DNA of 63,830 nucleotides, filler included, from Cercozoa sp. M6MM (Eukaryota; Protista; Endomyxa: Ascetosporea): NCBI GenBank assembly GCA_040357565.1. It is 9 parts of 9 records of this genome, joined end to end, with 100 filler letters (N's around TTAATTAATTAA, not from the genome) between each part and the next. Parts side by side here need not be neighbours in the genome. Positions count along the whole stretch, not along the records: positions 43,751 to 57,665 come from JBDODJ010000345.1; positions 57,766 to 60,669 come from JBDODJ010001679.1; positions 60,770 to 62,628 come from JBDODJ010001902.1; 6 more parts are not named here. One strand, 5' to 3'. Shown piece by piece: positions 50,712 to 61,692 of this stretch (position 1 is its first letter; each line of letters starts with the position of its first letter). The notes under the pieces were generated by a model. It saw only the letters and a program-made list of their open reading frames with translations, ran no database searches and was not told where the DNA came from. The position numbers and the translations under genes were made by a program.

Positions 50712-53324
50712 ATGTCGGATTGCGCTAGTTACACGTGCAATCAGTATGTACGAGAGGTGGTCGCCGACTATGTAACGCAAATTACGGCTCGCAACAAGCA
50801 GCTCGCGGACGAAACCGAGCAGCTGCGCAAAGCTGTCGACAAAGCGCAAGTCGAAATCGATCGAGTGCGAAGCGAGTTCAGTCAGGCGCAGAAACAGGCC
50901 GAAAGAGCGCGTGCCGATGCCGAAAGAGCGCAAGAAGAACTCGCGGAGCAGAAGCAGCGGCAGCAAATCGATGCCACTCGAACAGGACACTTGCAGAGCG
51001 AACTCGACTCGAAACGAAGCGAACTCGCACTGAAGCAGAGCGAACTGGAGGCGAAGGATCGAAAAATCGCAGTAAAGCAGAACGAACTTGAGTCGGCGCA
51101 GCAGGAACTACAGGCCAAGGAGCAAGAGATGCAGGCTAAGCAGCAGGAGGTAGACCTGGCGCAGCAGAGTCTCGATAAACTCCGTGGCGACATTGCCGAG
51201 ATTCGGCAGTTGCAGCAGCAGCAGCAACAACAACAGAAACAACAGCGCAGCAGCAGCGAGTCTCCGCGAGTGCAGGCGCAGAACTCTGAGTTGCGCGAGC
51301 AGGTGACTCTGCTGCAACAGCAGAAGCAGCAAATCGAGTCGCAGCTTACCGAGGCTCGTGACTCCTGTGCCTTCTCCTTTCTTCTCTCTCCCTCTCTTCT
51401 TTGTTTTGCCTCTGTGTTGTTGACACGTGTGCTGTGTGCAGTGCGGAAAATGCGACGTGAGCGTACGCATGACGCGAAGGATTGGAAGACGCAGCGCGAG
51501 GAGTTTGTTGTGCGACTGGCCGATGCGGTATCACTCTTTCCTTTGACTCGACTCGACTTAACTCCACTCGACTTTACTTTACTTGACTGACTTGATGTAC
51601 CCTACCCCCGTGGCTACAGGACGAGCGGTACGAGGCGGCCAACAGCGAGCTGCAGCGCGTGCGACTAGACCTGCAGCAGGCGCAGCAGTCGCTCAGCGAG
51701 CTGCAGCACTCGCGGCACGACTCGGAGCACCTGCGCCAGCAGCTAGACAAGGCCACGCGCGAGATCGCCGAGCTGGAGCGCCAGGTGCAGGACGAGCAGG
51801 ACTTGCGCACCGAGGCGCAGCGCGACGCCGAGCGACTGCGCGCACAGCGAGGCGACCGCCGTCTGTCGTGCGACATGCTGCTGGACGAACTGAAGCTCGT
51901 GCGGCAGACCACACTGCTCGAGCAGCAGCGCACGAAACTCGAGTCGCAGGACGAACAGCTCCAGACTCTGCGTCAGCAGGTCGACACTCTGCAGGACGAA
52001 CTTGAGCAGAGTCGGCAGCACTCGCAGCACGCCAGGAGTCAGGCCGAGGCGGCTCGAACGCAGGTCGAATCGCTGCGCCGACAGCTCGAGATGGCGCGCA
52101 GTGAACTCGCCTCGACGCAGCAGCAGTCGCGGCAGAGCGAGCAGCAACGACTCGAGCAGCAGCAACTCGAGCAGCAAGTCGCGCAGCTGCGGCAGCAACT
52201 CGCGCAGGAACGCAGCGACAAGACCTCGTGGCAGCAGCGTTTCCAGCAGCGCGAGCAAGAGAGTACACACACCAACTTAGTTCTGCCCCCCCCCCCCTGC
52301 TTACCCTGTGGCTTTGTTATACCGCCGGGTGTGTCTGTGCAGTGGACAAGATTCGACGCAGTGTCAAGACACTCGTGGGTCCAACTCCAGAGAAGGAATT
52401 GCTAGTGGAGGAGACGCCGATGAACCGTGCGCCCTCGCAGAGTCGCGTGGAGCACGGTCTGCTCCTGCAGCGCCATCGACTGCAGCAGCAGCAACAGCAA
52501 CGGCAGAAACAACAAGACAAACAACAGCAAGAACAACAAAAACAAGACAAACAACAGCAGAAACAACAAGAGCAACAGCAACAAAAGAAACCACAAAAAG
52601 CAGAGCAGAAACAGCAGAAGCAGGTCGGAGACAAGCGAGACAGACGCCGACCAGCGAAGCGAGAACTCGACGAGTCGCTCGACGTGGACAACTCGCAAAA
52701 TCACTCGCTCGAGGTGGCCCTCACGCAGGAGAATGACGACCTGGACCTCGACTTGGACCTCGACCTGGACCTCGACCTCGACCTGGACGACGATGAGGCC
52801 GAGCACAAGCAGGACAGCAGCGAACCGCCCAAGAAACGCCGGCGTATCTCGCGAAGAGAAAAGCAGGAACAACAGCACACAGATGAGCAAGAACAAGACG
52901 AGGAGGAACAGGAGGACGCCTCGTCGGTCTGCCTGTCGCAGCAGGTGTCGGACGAGACGCGCGAGTACGAGGTGACCTCGCTGCTGGAGGTACGCCGTGC
53001 CTCCGGCTGGCGCAGCAAGAAGGATGTCGAGTACCTCGTACAGTGGCGCGACTATCCGCCCACCTGGGAGCCACGGCGCAACATTCCCGACGCGCTCATC
53101 GCCGACTTTGAGCGGCAACAACGTGCAAAGCGGTATCCTCGCTTGACCTTCCTTCACGTCTTTAATCTGACCTGCATTGGCCTGACAGAGACCAGCGCGC
53201 AAACGAACTGATTAATCTGGACGCACCGTCACCTCTGTCGGGCAGTGGCAAGACTGAACGGAAGAACCTTCGCACGCGCCGTCGGCGAGGCTATGGTCGG
53301 GCCAATAAGACGAAGAGCCGCTGA
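50712..53324 (+). CDS. Long coiled-coil protein with an NLS and a C-terminal chromodomain (5 exons)
   Basis: About 450 aa of Q/E/L/R heptad-rich sequence, then PPKKRRR, then EYEVTSLLEVR...VEYLVQWRDYPPTWEPRRNIPDALIADF (chromodomain), and a last exon ending RKNLRTRRRRGYGRANKTKSR*. Confidence 0.85.
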
Positions 53325-53664
53325 CCTGATCGGAAGCTTACCGTTACAGTACCTATAGTTGTTTAATTTATTATTATGTCCGGTCTACTAAGAAACCAAC
53401 TGAACGCAACCCCTATACCAGTCCTGATGTGGCGTGGGGTCACAGCTGCAGCGCAGTAATAGCGTAGAAGTCCACCGCCCGCTCCGCTCAGGTACCGATG
53501 GAGGACGATCCCCGGAGTTTTCCAGGACATCCTCTTCAAGGTTCGGTTGGTATAGTGTTTGCCAGCTTTACGTTCTGATGCAACTTATCGTTCGGTTGCA
53601 TTCCGCCGCTGGGAACCCCCCCCCCCCTCGCCTATCATTTTATTTAGTTAATTTAGTTCAGTCT

Positions 53665-54124
53665 GCAAGGTACCAAGCCAAACACTCTTTAACTTCTCTC
53701 AACCCTCAGACTTTGTCGGGTTAGTTGACTCTTCCAGGAAACCAACTCTCAGACTTGATTGAGACATGGGTGTGTTACTGCGGCTCAATGGCCCAATCAG
53801 TAAGGGAAAGGAGAGACCCTACTGGGTCTCGTAGTGATCCCACTGGATCTCGACCGAAGGCAGACGTCCTTGGTCGTAACAATGCGTTTATGGAAGAAAA
53901 ACTCCGCCTGTGAACACACGACGAAGTGAGTGGAATGGAAACCAGCCAATGAGCCAACTGACCAGGCTGAAGCCGTGACGGAGCTTTCTGCTTCTCTGCA
54001 AGGACTCTGTCCAGGCAAGATCTACAGCAACAGCAATCCACTGAGTCAGTAGTTAGGTCTCAGAGCAAGGTACCAAGCCAAAACACTCTTAAACTTCTTC
54101 CTTGTCTCAAACTTGTTGAGACAT
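53665..54124. repeat. Imperfect direct repeats 400 bp apart that flank twin hairpins
   Basis: gcaaggtaccaagccaaa(a)cactcttWaacttc at 53665 and 54065, followed by tctcaRacttg(a)ttgagacat near 53747 and 54105. Confidence 0.75.
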
Positions 54125-54275
54125 AAGTTATGACCTCCACGCGGACGGGTCAGAGCAATGATTACTGAAAATGTGCAGTAACAGGTGACCTGCAGTATCA
54201 CGAGGACATGCCTTCTAACTAGCTAACATTAATTTCCGCTCCGACCGACGTCTTCTAGTTACTGGCACGGTTCCC

Positions 54276-55040
54276 TCAATTCAGCCGTGATGGTTTGTCT
54301 TTAAGCTTCCCGTGGACCGTACCGCTCGACTCGTCGCCGACGTTCTGTAAAACAGCAAAAAATACAGCAAAGCTCGGGATAGATACAGGGACTGGAAAGC
54401 GTACTGTTGCGCAGTTGCTTCGCAATAGATCTTTCCATCTCTTCTTCAGTAGCATCGACATTTGGAAGGAAGACCTCGAAGTTGCTGTAAGCATGCGAAG
54501 CGGCGGTACTCTCAGCACTCTCCCCGTCCTCTGACAAAGCCTTGAAAACAAACTTATTTGTCTTAGTAAGTAATTATACCTGGAACACGGGGTCGCTTGC
54601 CAAGCTGCACCTTGACTTCAACGAGCGGAGCTCCAGAACGTTTTGCCTCTTGAACAAGCGGCATCAGGCTCGTTTCCTTGAGACGTTGAATATCCTGACC
54701 AAGCGCTTGGTTTTGCCGAGTGAGTTCTGCTATTCGGCTTTCTTGCTCCGCGACTCGTGCTTGAAGTGGCAGAAGCTTCGCCTTTTTGTGAAAAAGGATG
54801 TGGCCATGTTGTGAAAAAGGATGTGGCCATGTTGTGAAAAAGGATGTGTGTGTGAGGGTTACGATGAGCGCCTGTCGTCGTTCGCGGGCAGCATTGACTT
54901 CTTGGACTAAATCAGCAGCGAAAGCATCAAACACACGAGTCATTTCGTCGGTAGCGCCCAAGGCGCGCAGCGCTTCCTTTCTGTCGTCAGGCAGGTCTGA
55001 AAACAGAAAAACACAAATTATGGTTTGGTTGGTGTGCGAG
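54276..55040 (-). CDS. Small hypothetical coiled-coil protein; boundaries approximate
   Basis: ALGATDEMTRVFDAFAADLVQEVNAARERRQALI|AKLLPLQARVAEQESRIAELTRQNQALGQDIQRLKE. Confidence 0.5.
54786..54848. repeat. 23-bp tandem repeat (about 2.7 copies)
   Basis: ttgtgaaaaaggatgtggccatg at 54786, 54809 and 54832. Confidence 0.9.
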
Positions 55041-55386
55041 CGAGAACCAGACCAGCCATAGCTCTATCTAAATCGATCGAAATGAGGGTTCGGAAGCCTT
55101 GTCTTAGCCAGCAAAACAACTTAGATGTTGCGACCCAAGTTGTTTTGGGCTCAGGGCTGCGCCCGGCGACCTACAGTACCGGCTCAAAGCCGCAGAGCCC
55201 GAACCGTCATGACGACCACAGAGAACCAGTGAGCTAACTAACAAGAAGTGATCGGCGATGTGCACACGAGATCTAACCAGACGGAACCGACAGTACTACT
55301 ACCTACGCTAGTAGTGCTGTACAGACGAGACGACGCCGGAACGACTACGAGACAGCGCAGCACGACTGCGACACTGCGCTGTCGAT

Positions 55387-57577
55387 TCAGGCGACTGACG
55401 CAAGTGAGTTCCGGTCGCCCGTGACGATTCGCCGATCATGACAAAATGGCAGCGCGTGTCGTCCGTCGCGTTTCGCGATCGCGTCCATGGGGGTTGGCTG
55501 ACGTCGTGTCGGTCGCACGGTGCAGTTGACGATAATGGCGTGCGACCATTCAGCCGACAGCACTGGTTGCACGCACGTACGTGCGTTGGAAGCCGCAGAT
55601 TAGTGTCAGTGTCAGTGTCAGGGTCAGTTGTGTCGATTCAGTGCGTTCCTGCAGGTGCTCGAGCACACACAGGCTCTCACTGCCACGCGAAGAGTTCTTC
55701 CTCTTCGTCTGCGTCTTCGTTCTCATCGTCATCGGCAGCGGCACTGCTGACATCGTCGTCGTCGCTCGGTTTGCTGTCGAACAGCACCGACGCCTGGGCT
55801 CTGCCGCGACCGACACCCTGCATGCACAAGTGTCTGTTGCACACATGTTTAGAGAGACATAACAAGGTACCGTGGCCTCGTTGGCCTCGTTGGCCTCGTT
55901 GAACTGAGTCAGCGTCATTAACTGTTGCCAACAACAAAAGCAGCACACACATGCCAGACATAGGTACACACGAAACAATAAAAGCACCTGAGCCTCTGCA
56001 GCCTCGACCTCGTCGGCGTCGGCGGCAGAGGGCGTCGGCGGAGCCATTGGCGGCCACTGGAATTGCGGGTTCGGGATGAACTCTTCCGCCACGAACTGAA
56101 GGCCAGATTCAAACATACACACCCACATATAATCATCAACACAACTAGCGAGAACTAGCACAGAAAATAGAGTAGTACAGTGAAGTGCAGCACATGCTCT
56201 TGCACCCTGCGTCCAGAAGAGACATGCACAAACAAGGAGCAAAGATAGGAGGTGGATCTGTACCACATCTGCTTCTCCGTGTCAACGATGACGCCAGCAC
56301 CATGTAGTTCCAGATAGTAGTCACGATACCTACAGTTTCACAGACATATGTGTACACAACAAGATACACAGAGGGCATACCGATCGTTGGAGACAATGAC
56401 AGCACCGTCGTGACGACGCGCGTACTCAAGCATGTACCTGCGGGTCAAGACAAGTCAGTGACACTCACATAACTGTAGAAAGACACGAGTACGCATCATC
56501 GTAGTCGTTTTGCGGCGTACCAAACAGGAGTTGCTGCATTCAAACACGCATCACTACTACAATACAGCAGGAGAGAGGCAGTGTGCTGTACCTCATTTCG
56601 CATGCGGCACAGTATCGAGACATCTTTCGGACTCGGCAGCGGCTTGCCTAAGTTGACACATGTACATAAGTGAGAGCTGAAGGAGGGACAAATGGTACCG
56701 CCAGGCTGCGCGCGTCGCCGACCGAGCCACTTTCTGCACAGACTCAGAGAAGGGGTTAGTTGTCAGTTCACATGCCCAGGGACCAAGTCAACAGCTACCG
56801 GTCAAAGTAGAGGTCGGGCAAGAAACCCACGACTCGGCAGCCATCTGTAGCCACACCAGTAACATACACGAGGGTACACGCAAAGGTAGATCCAGTATCA
56901 AGGGAAGAGAAAGAGAGAGGTCACGTTTCTCAAAGTAGCCAGCTGCGATGGCGACGCCTTGCGGGTCCCATTTCTGCGATGTAAACACCTTCCGGAAATC
57001 AAATAGGCGGGATAGATGGAGGCAAAACGACGCACCTGTCGACGTCCATAGCGCAATGCAATGTTCGGCACGTCCAGCACGATAACTCGCGGTCTGCGGA
57101 TAGGCACAAAAGGGTACGAGAGCTATGGTACTCAGGAAATGCAAGGCACTTTTGGTCCTTGTAGGGACAGATCGAAATTTCCTGGCCGCGTTCCTCGGCA
57201 GCCTTGCGCATGTCCGAGGTCTGCGCACTCAGCAAGGTGATAGTGGATGGAAACAACGGAGTGGAGAGTACCGAGATTTTGTGCGCGCGACTTTTCTTTT
57301 GATCGACGTAGACAGGCGCCAGAAAGCTCTGGCCTGGACCAGGCGTCTCCACTACCTGCCACATATCACACATACACAGGCAGAGAGAATGTGCGGAGAA
57401 TGCAGAAGTACCTCTTGGAACAACTGGTCTAAAGCTTCGCTTGGAGGCTGTGCTGCCTGCTCTTTCTGCAGCGGATGGAGAGGAGGTAAAGGCGGAAAGA
57501 CACATAAGATAGGAGTGAACACCGCTACCTCGAGAAACTTGGTAAGCTCACCGTCCGGAACCGCCACAAAGTTGTCT
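55387..57577 (-). CDS. Regnase/N4BP1-type (Zc3h12a-like NYN/PIN) ribonuclease (5'-partial; 3' end approximate)
   Basis: RVIVLDVPNIALRYG, GVAIAAGYF, TPQNDYDDA|YMLEYA..DGAVIVSNDR|YRDY, HVLHFT|FVAEEFIPNP; the acidic catalytic set is intact. Confidence 0.88.
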
Positions 57578-57617
57578 CTGCAGTGACAAATCAAATCCCA
57601 CCCCAGCAACACAACAC

Positions 57618-57665
<48 letters not shown>

Positions 57666-57765
57666 NNNNNNNNNNNNNNNNNNNNNNNNNNNNNNNNNNN
57701 NNNNNNNNNTTAATTAATTAANNNNNNNNNNNNNNNNNNNNNNNNNNNNNNNNNNNNNNNNNNNN
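57666..57765. other. Artificial contig linker
   Basis: N44-TTAATTAATTAA-N44. Confidence 0.97.
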
Positions 57766-58042
57766 GGGGGTACTATGGGGGTGTATGGGGGGGGGGGTAA
57801 TTTAAGGTATACAGGGGTTAATATGGGTAACATGGAAGTTAATAGGGGGTAGCAACGGGGGTAATAACGGGGTAATAAGGGGGTTATTAAGGGGGTTAAT
57901 AAGGGGGTTAATAAGGGGTTAATAAAAGGGTTAATAAGGGGGGCAATGTGGAAGTAATATGGGGGTAATAAGATGGGGGTAAAAGGAGGTAAACGGGGTA
58001 AAAGGGGGGGGTCAAAGGGGGGTCAAAGGGGGTAAAGCGAGT

Positions 58043-58610
58043 ACCTTGGTGCCAGTGGCATCGAGTTCGCGTGCCTGGCACATCTGGACCAACAGGTCCT
58101 TGTTGTACTTCATTAGCACGGCCTCGGTGAGCTCGTCCTCGTCGTCCTCGTCCTGATCCGCAGGGTCCTCTTGTTCCGAGTCGGAGTTGTCCGAGTCGGA
58201 GTCGCGAGGAGACCACTCCAGTGGTGCTACCAGTACCAGCAGTTGTGGGTACACCAGGTACGGGTTCAGACTATTATGCATCACATATTTATGTGTATAT
58301 ATATATATATATAATGTAAGTACAAGTTATGAACTACCGGTGGACACGGTCGTACAGCGATCGGATCGTCGAGACGCGCGCATTGTAGCCGCTACTTAGT
58401 CCCATCTCACTCAACTCCTGGAGTGATGGGATACATAGAGAGATCGAGAGATAAAGAGAGATAGAGAGATAGAGAGATAGAGAGATAGAGAGATAGAGAG
58501 ATAGAGAGATAGAGAGATAGAGAGATAGAGAGATAGAGAGATAGAGAGATAGAGAGATAGAGAGATAGGAAGATAGGAAGATAAGTTTTGAGAAATAGAG
58601 AGGAAGATAG

Positions 58611-58692
<82 letters not shown>

Positions 58693-59760
58693 ATAGACGG
58701 GAATGTACCGTGTCCATGTCGACGCCCTTCATGCCGTGGCCCGTTGTCGGTCGCGACAGCACCTCGGGCACTCCGTCGACACGCGTGTCCAGTAGCTGCT
58801 GCACCTCCTGTTGCAGGCACACACACACACACACACAATATATATATATATATATATATCTACAAACACATGGACACATAGTACCTCGGAGACAGGTTGC
58901 TCGTCCTCGTCACGTGAGCGCTTCTTGTGGTTCGACTTCTTGTCGAACTCAGACAAGTACTGCTTGAACTTGGCGCACGTCTCCTTGCGCAGCTTCTGTG
59001 CCCAGGCATACGATCAGTCAAAGGGAGGAAGGAAGGAAAGTCTACGTCGACAGAGGTGTCGATTGCGCCATCGAGGAACGCTTTCGCTAACTTAACCAAA
59101 CGGTCGATGGTCGCATTCTAAGTGCAACATCATCACTTGCCTCCATAAACTGTCAAAGCGCCAAACATTCTAAGGCATCGGCTTATGAGAACGCACATTA
59201 ATCACGCGCAGAAGAAGACGACGCTTGCCAGGCTTCTCGGCGCCTGAGTGTTCATCCTTGTTCAGTTCTTCTGCCTAGAGAAAGACCTTAGTTCTGTACC
59301 TTTCAGCAGCTGGCCAATCTTGCCAAAGTTGGCCTGTTGCACTGCACACGCACCAACACCAACAGTACAAACAAAAACACAAACAAAACAAAAACAAAGA
59401 CTACGCTCATGCAGCTGCGAGGGCGTTACACCCCACAACAAGCCGACGCTCTCGTTGATAGGTCTTACCATCGTCTTCCTGGATTGTCAAGAAAACACAC
59501 ACAAGGCCTAGACGCCAAAGTATGTATCACTGAGGGATCGAAGTACGCTTAGGCTGGACTCAGTGCTTGAGAACGCTCGTCTCAATGCCAATTGGGCGAC
59601 AAAGTACAGTCAGTGGCGGAGCCGTCGAGTAGCACGTGCGTATTCGGCCTTTCCGTTCGCTCTTTCGTTGTTCTTCGGAGATTTCAGCGGACTTTTGTCG
59701 ATTCAAACTGCGGCGTTTCTTTGATCTATGACGCGCCACTGGCATGGAGCAACACAGTGT
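58043..59760 (-). CDS. Hypothetical nuclear protein with a SAP-like motif (3'-partial; 5' end uncertain)
   Basis: An acidic tract followed by LMKYNKDLLVQMCQARELDATGTK (SAP consensus L.K..L...C..R.L...G.K), plus basic patches. Confidence 0.55.
58455..58697. repeat. Intronic (GAGATAGA)n and (GATA)n microsatellites
   Basis: Direct reading. Confidence 0.95.
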
Positions 59761-60244
59761 TGTCCCTGTCAACATCAAACAAAATACGCAGTTGCCTAGC
59801 TTGACAACCTTGTGTTCGGTAGAGTGGCGAGCAGCTTGAAACTGCTGCAAGAATCGAGAACAGCTCTTTCCAGATATCTCAGGTACCTCAAGGATGTCGT
59901 GCTCGTTGACGCCTGTCTTTCGCAGCAGGCAAGAGGGTTTTTTAAAGTTCGAACTTTAAAATGAACCACGAAATAAATCACCAATCGTCGTTTTCGAATC
60001 GATTCGAGCTGCTCTTGTTTATGCTGATGGCACAAGCCACTTCTGGCGACTGCCAAATGCCGACGCGTAAATCAGCGTCGACAAGGCTTGCTTCGCTGGC
60101 ACTGTGAAGATGGCCGGAACTCGCGGCGAGCGTCCCGTCCACAACGACGTTGTCCGAACAGCGACAGAGTTGACAGCACTTTCTTCAATGGGGAAGGGAG
60201 AAGGGGGGGTGCATCTGTACGAGAGTGATCTAACTTAACTGACA

Positions 60245-60625
60245 GAGTGAGTGCAAGAAACATGATCTCTGCGGTGGCACTGTCCTCGAATCGAATGAAG
60301 TCGCCCTGAAGGCCACCGTGCTGGCCGATGTGAGCGAAGAAAGCGACCTGTTTAACCAGGAGGTGTTCGCGCCGGTGTGTTTCCTCAACACATTCCACGA
60401 CTCGCAGGTCGACTTCGTGCGATGTCTGCGCGCACTCTCGCTCGAGGATTCCGGTCTGCAAGCTGCTCTGTTCACTTGCGACCTCGCACGTGTCAAGGCT
60501 GCGCACAAACTGCTCAAGTTCGGCGGCGTTGTGGTACCTCGAGCCTGCCACCGTGTTGCTTAACTACCCCCCCCCCCCCGCTCCTAGGTGAACGACATCT
60601 GCTCGCGTCGTGTCGATGCCCTGCC
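60245..60625 (+). pseudogene. Isolated C-terminal fragment of an aldehyde dehydrogenase
   Basis: LCGG..ATVLADVSEESDLFNQEVFAPV...GLQAALFTCDL...FGGVV|VNDICSRRVDALP. No N-terminal ALDH region is seen upstream. Confidence 0.65.
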
Positions 60626-60669
60626 TTGTACACTTACACTCGCCTGTGCTGACTAGTTGTTGTGGGAGT

Positions 60670-60769
60670 NNNNNNNNNNNNNNNNNNNNNNNNNNNNNNN
60701 NNNNNNNNNNNNNTTAATTAATTAANNNNNNNNNNNNNNNNNNNNNNNNNNNNNNNNNNNNNNNNNNNN
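60670..60769. other. Artificial contig linker
   Basis: N44-TTAATTAATTAA-N44. Confidence 0.97.
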
Positions 60770-60802
60770 GGGGGGGGGGGGGAGGAAGAGGAGAGAGAGT
60801 AC

Positions 60803-61424
60803 CGACATCAGGGTCGAGGTTGCCGACGTACAGCTTGGCACCCGACTCTGAGCACACCAAGCACAACGTCAACACGTAAAACCTTAATGAGCAAGCAAAC
60901 ACACCGGCAGCGTTATCTCGCGCAGCCTTGTTGATGCGAATCGGCTGTCCGAACAGTCTGAGCGAGCTCATGACTCGCAGAGCGTACTCGCAATCCTGCT
61001 CGGTGCGGAACTCCACGAAGGCGTAGCCGTTGTGCTCACCACTGTGTACACACACACATATGACAGCTGCATGAACTACAGAAAAACGAAAACACTCAAA
61101 CACACCTGATTCGGTCACGCGGCATGTGAATGTGCCGAACTGGACCGGCTTGTGTCATGACCTCCCAAAGCAACTCCTCTACAAGCCGCGACCATTATTC
61201 ACGCTCTTCCCAGACATGAGAACAATGTACCATCAGCGTTGGGCGCTAGACGGCCACACCAGAGTGTGGCGGACTGGTTGCGGTCCACTCGGTTGTCCGC
61301 CTAGAAGAATAATAATACAAATAATGTCACTCTGATATCCCCAAAAAGAAACCAAGAACAAATCACATGGCCCAAGCTAGCACTCGGCCCAGAGTGCGCT
61401 GAGTGGCACAAAAGCACTCACCAT
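60803..61424 (-). CDS. SF3B4: Splicing factor 3B subunit 4 (SAP49/Hsh49), 3'-partial; the first coding exon is ATG only
   Basis: M|ADNRVDRNQSATLWCG..EELLWEVMTQAGPVRHIHMPRDR..HNGYAFVEF..YALRVMSSLRLFGQPIRINKA..GAKLYVGNLDPDV. Confidence 0.92.
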
Positions 61425-61692
61425 TGTACTTGTCGTCGCGGGCACACGTCAAGGCGACGTTGGTGATTTTCCTTATTTTTCCGATTACATCTCCCGTCCA
61501 GAACGGACAGCTGACAGTGTGGCTTTGTGTCATCATACGCACGCAAGAGCAGCGTTCGGTTGTGACGAGGCAACTTTGGTGATAGTACGGAGCACCAGAG
61601 TCTCAGTCCGGGACGTGTCCGTGTTTTGCAAAGAATAATAGCCAAATCGGGGGCTGTTCGCTGGGCATTGACGTGTGTCGGATAACGAGGCC

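Noticed and set aside
54786-54848. CRISPR-like 23-bp repeats
   Set aside because: The repeats are head-to-tail with no spacers, in a eukaryotic intron context with no cas genes.
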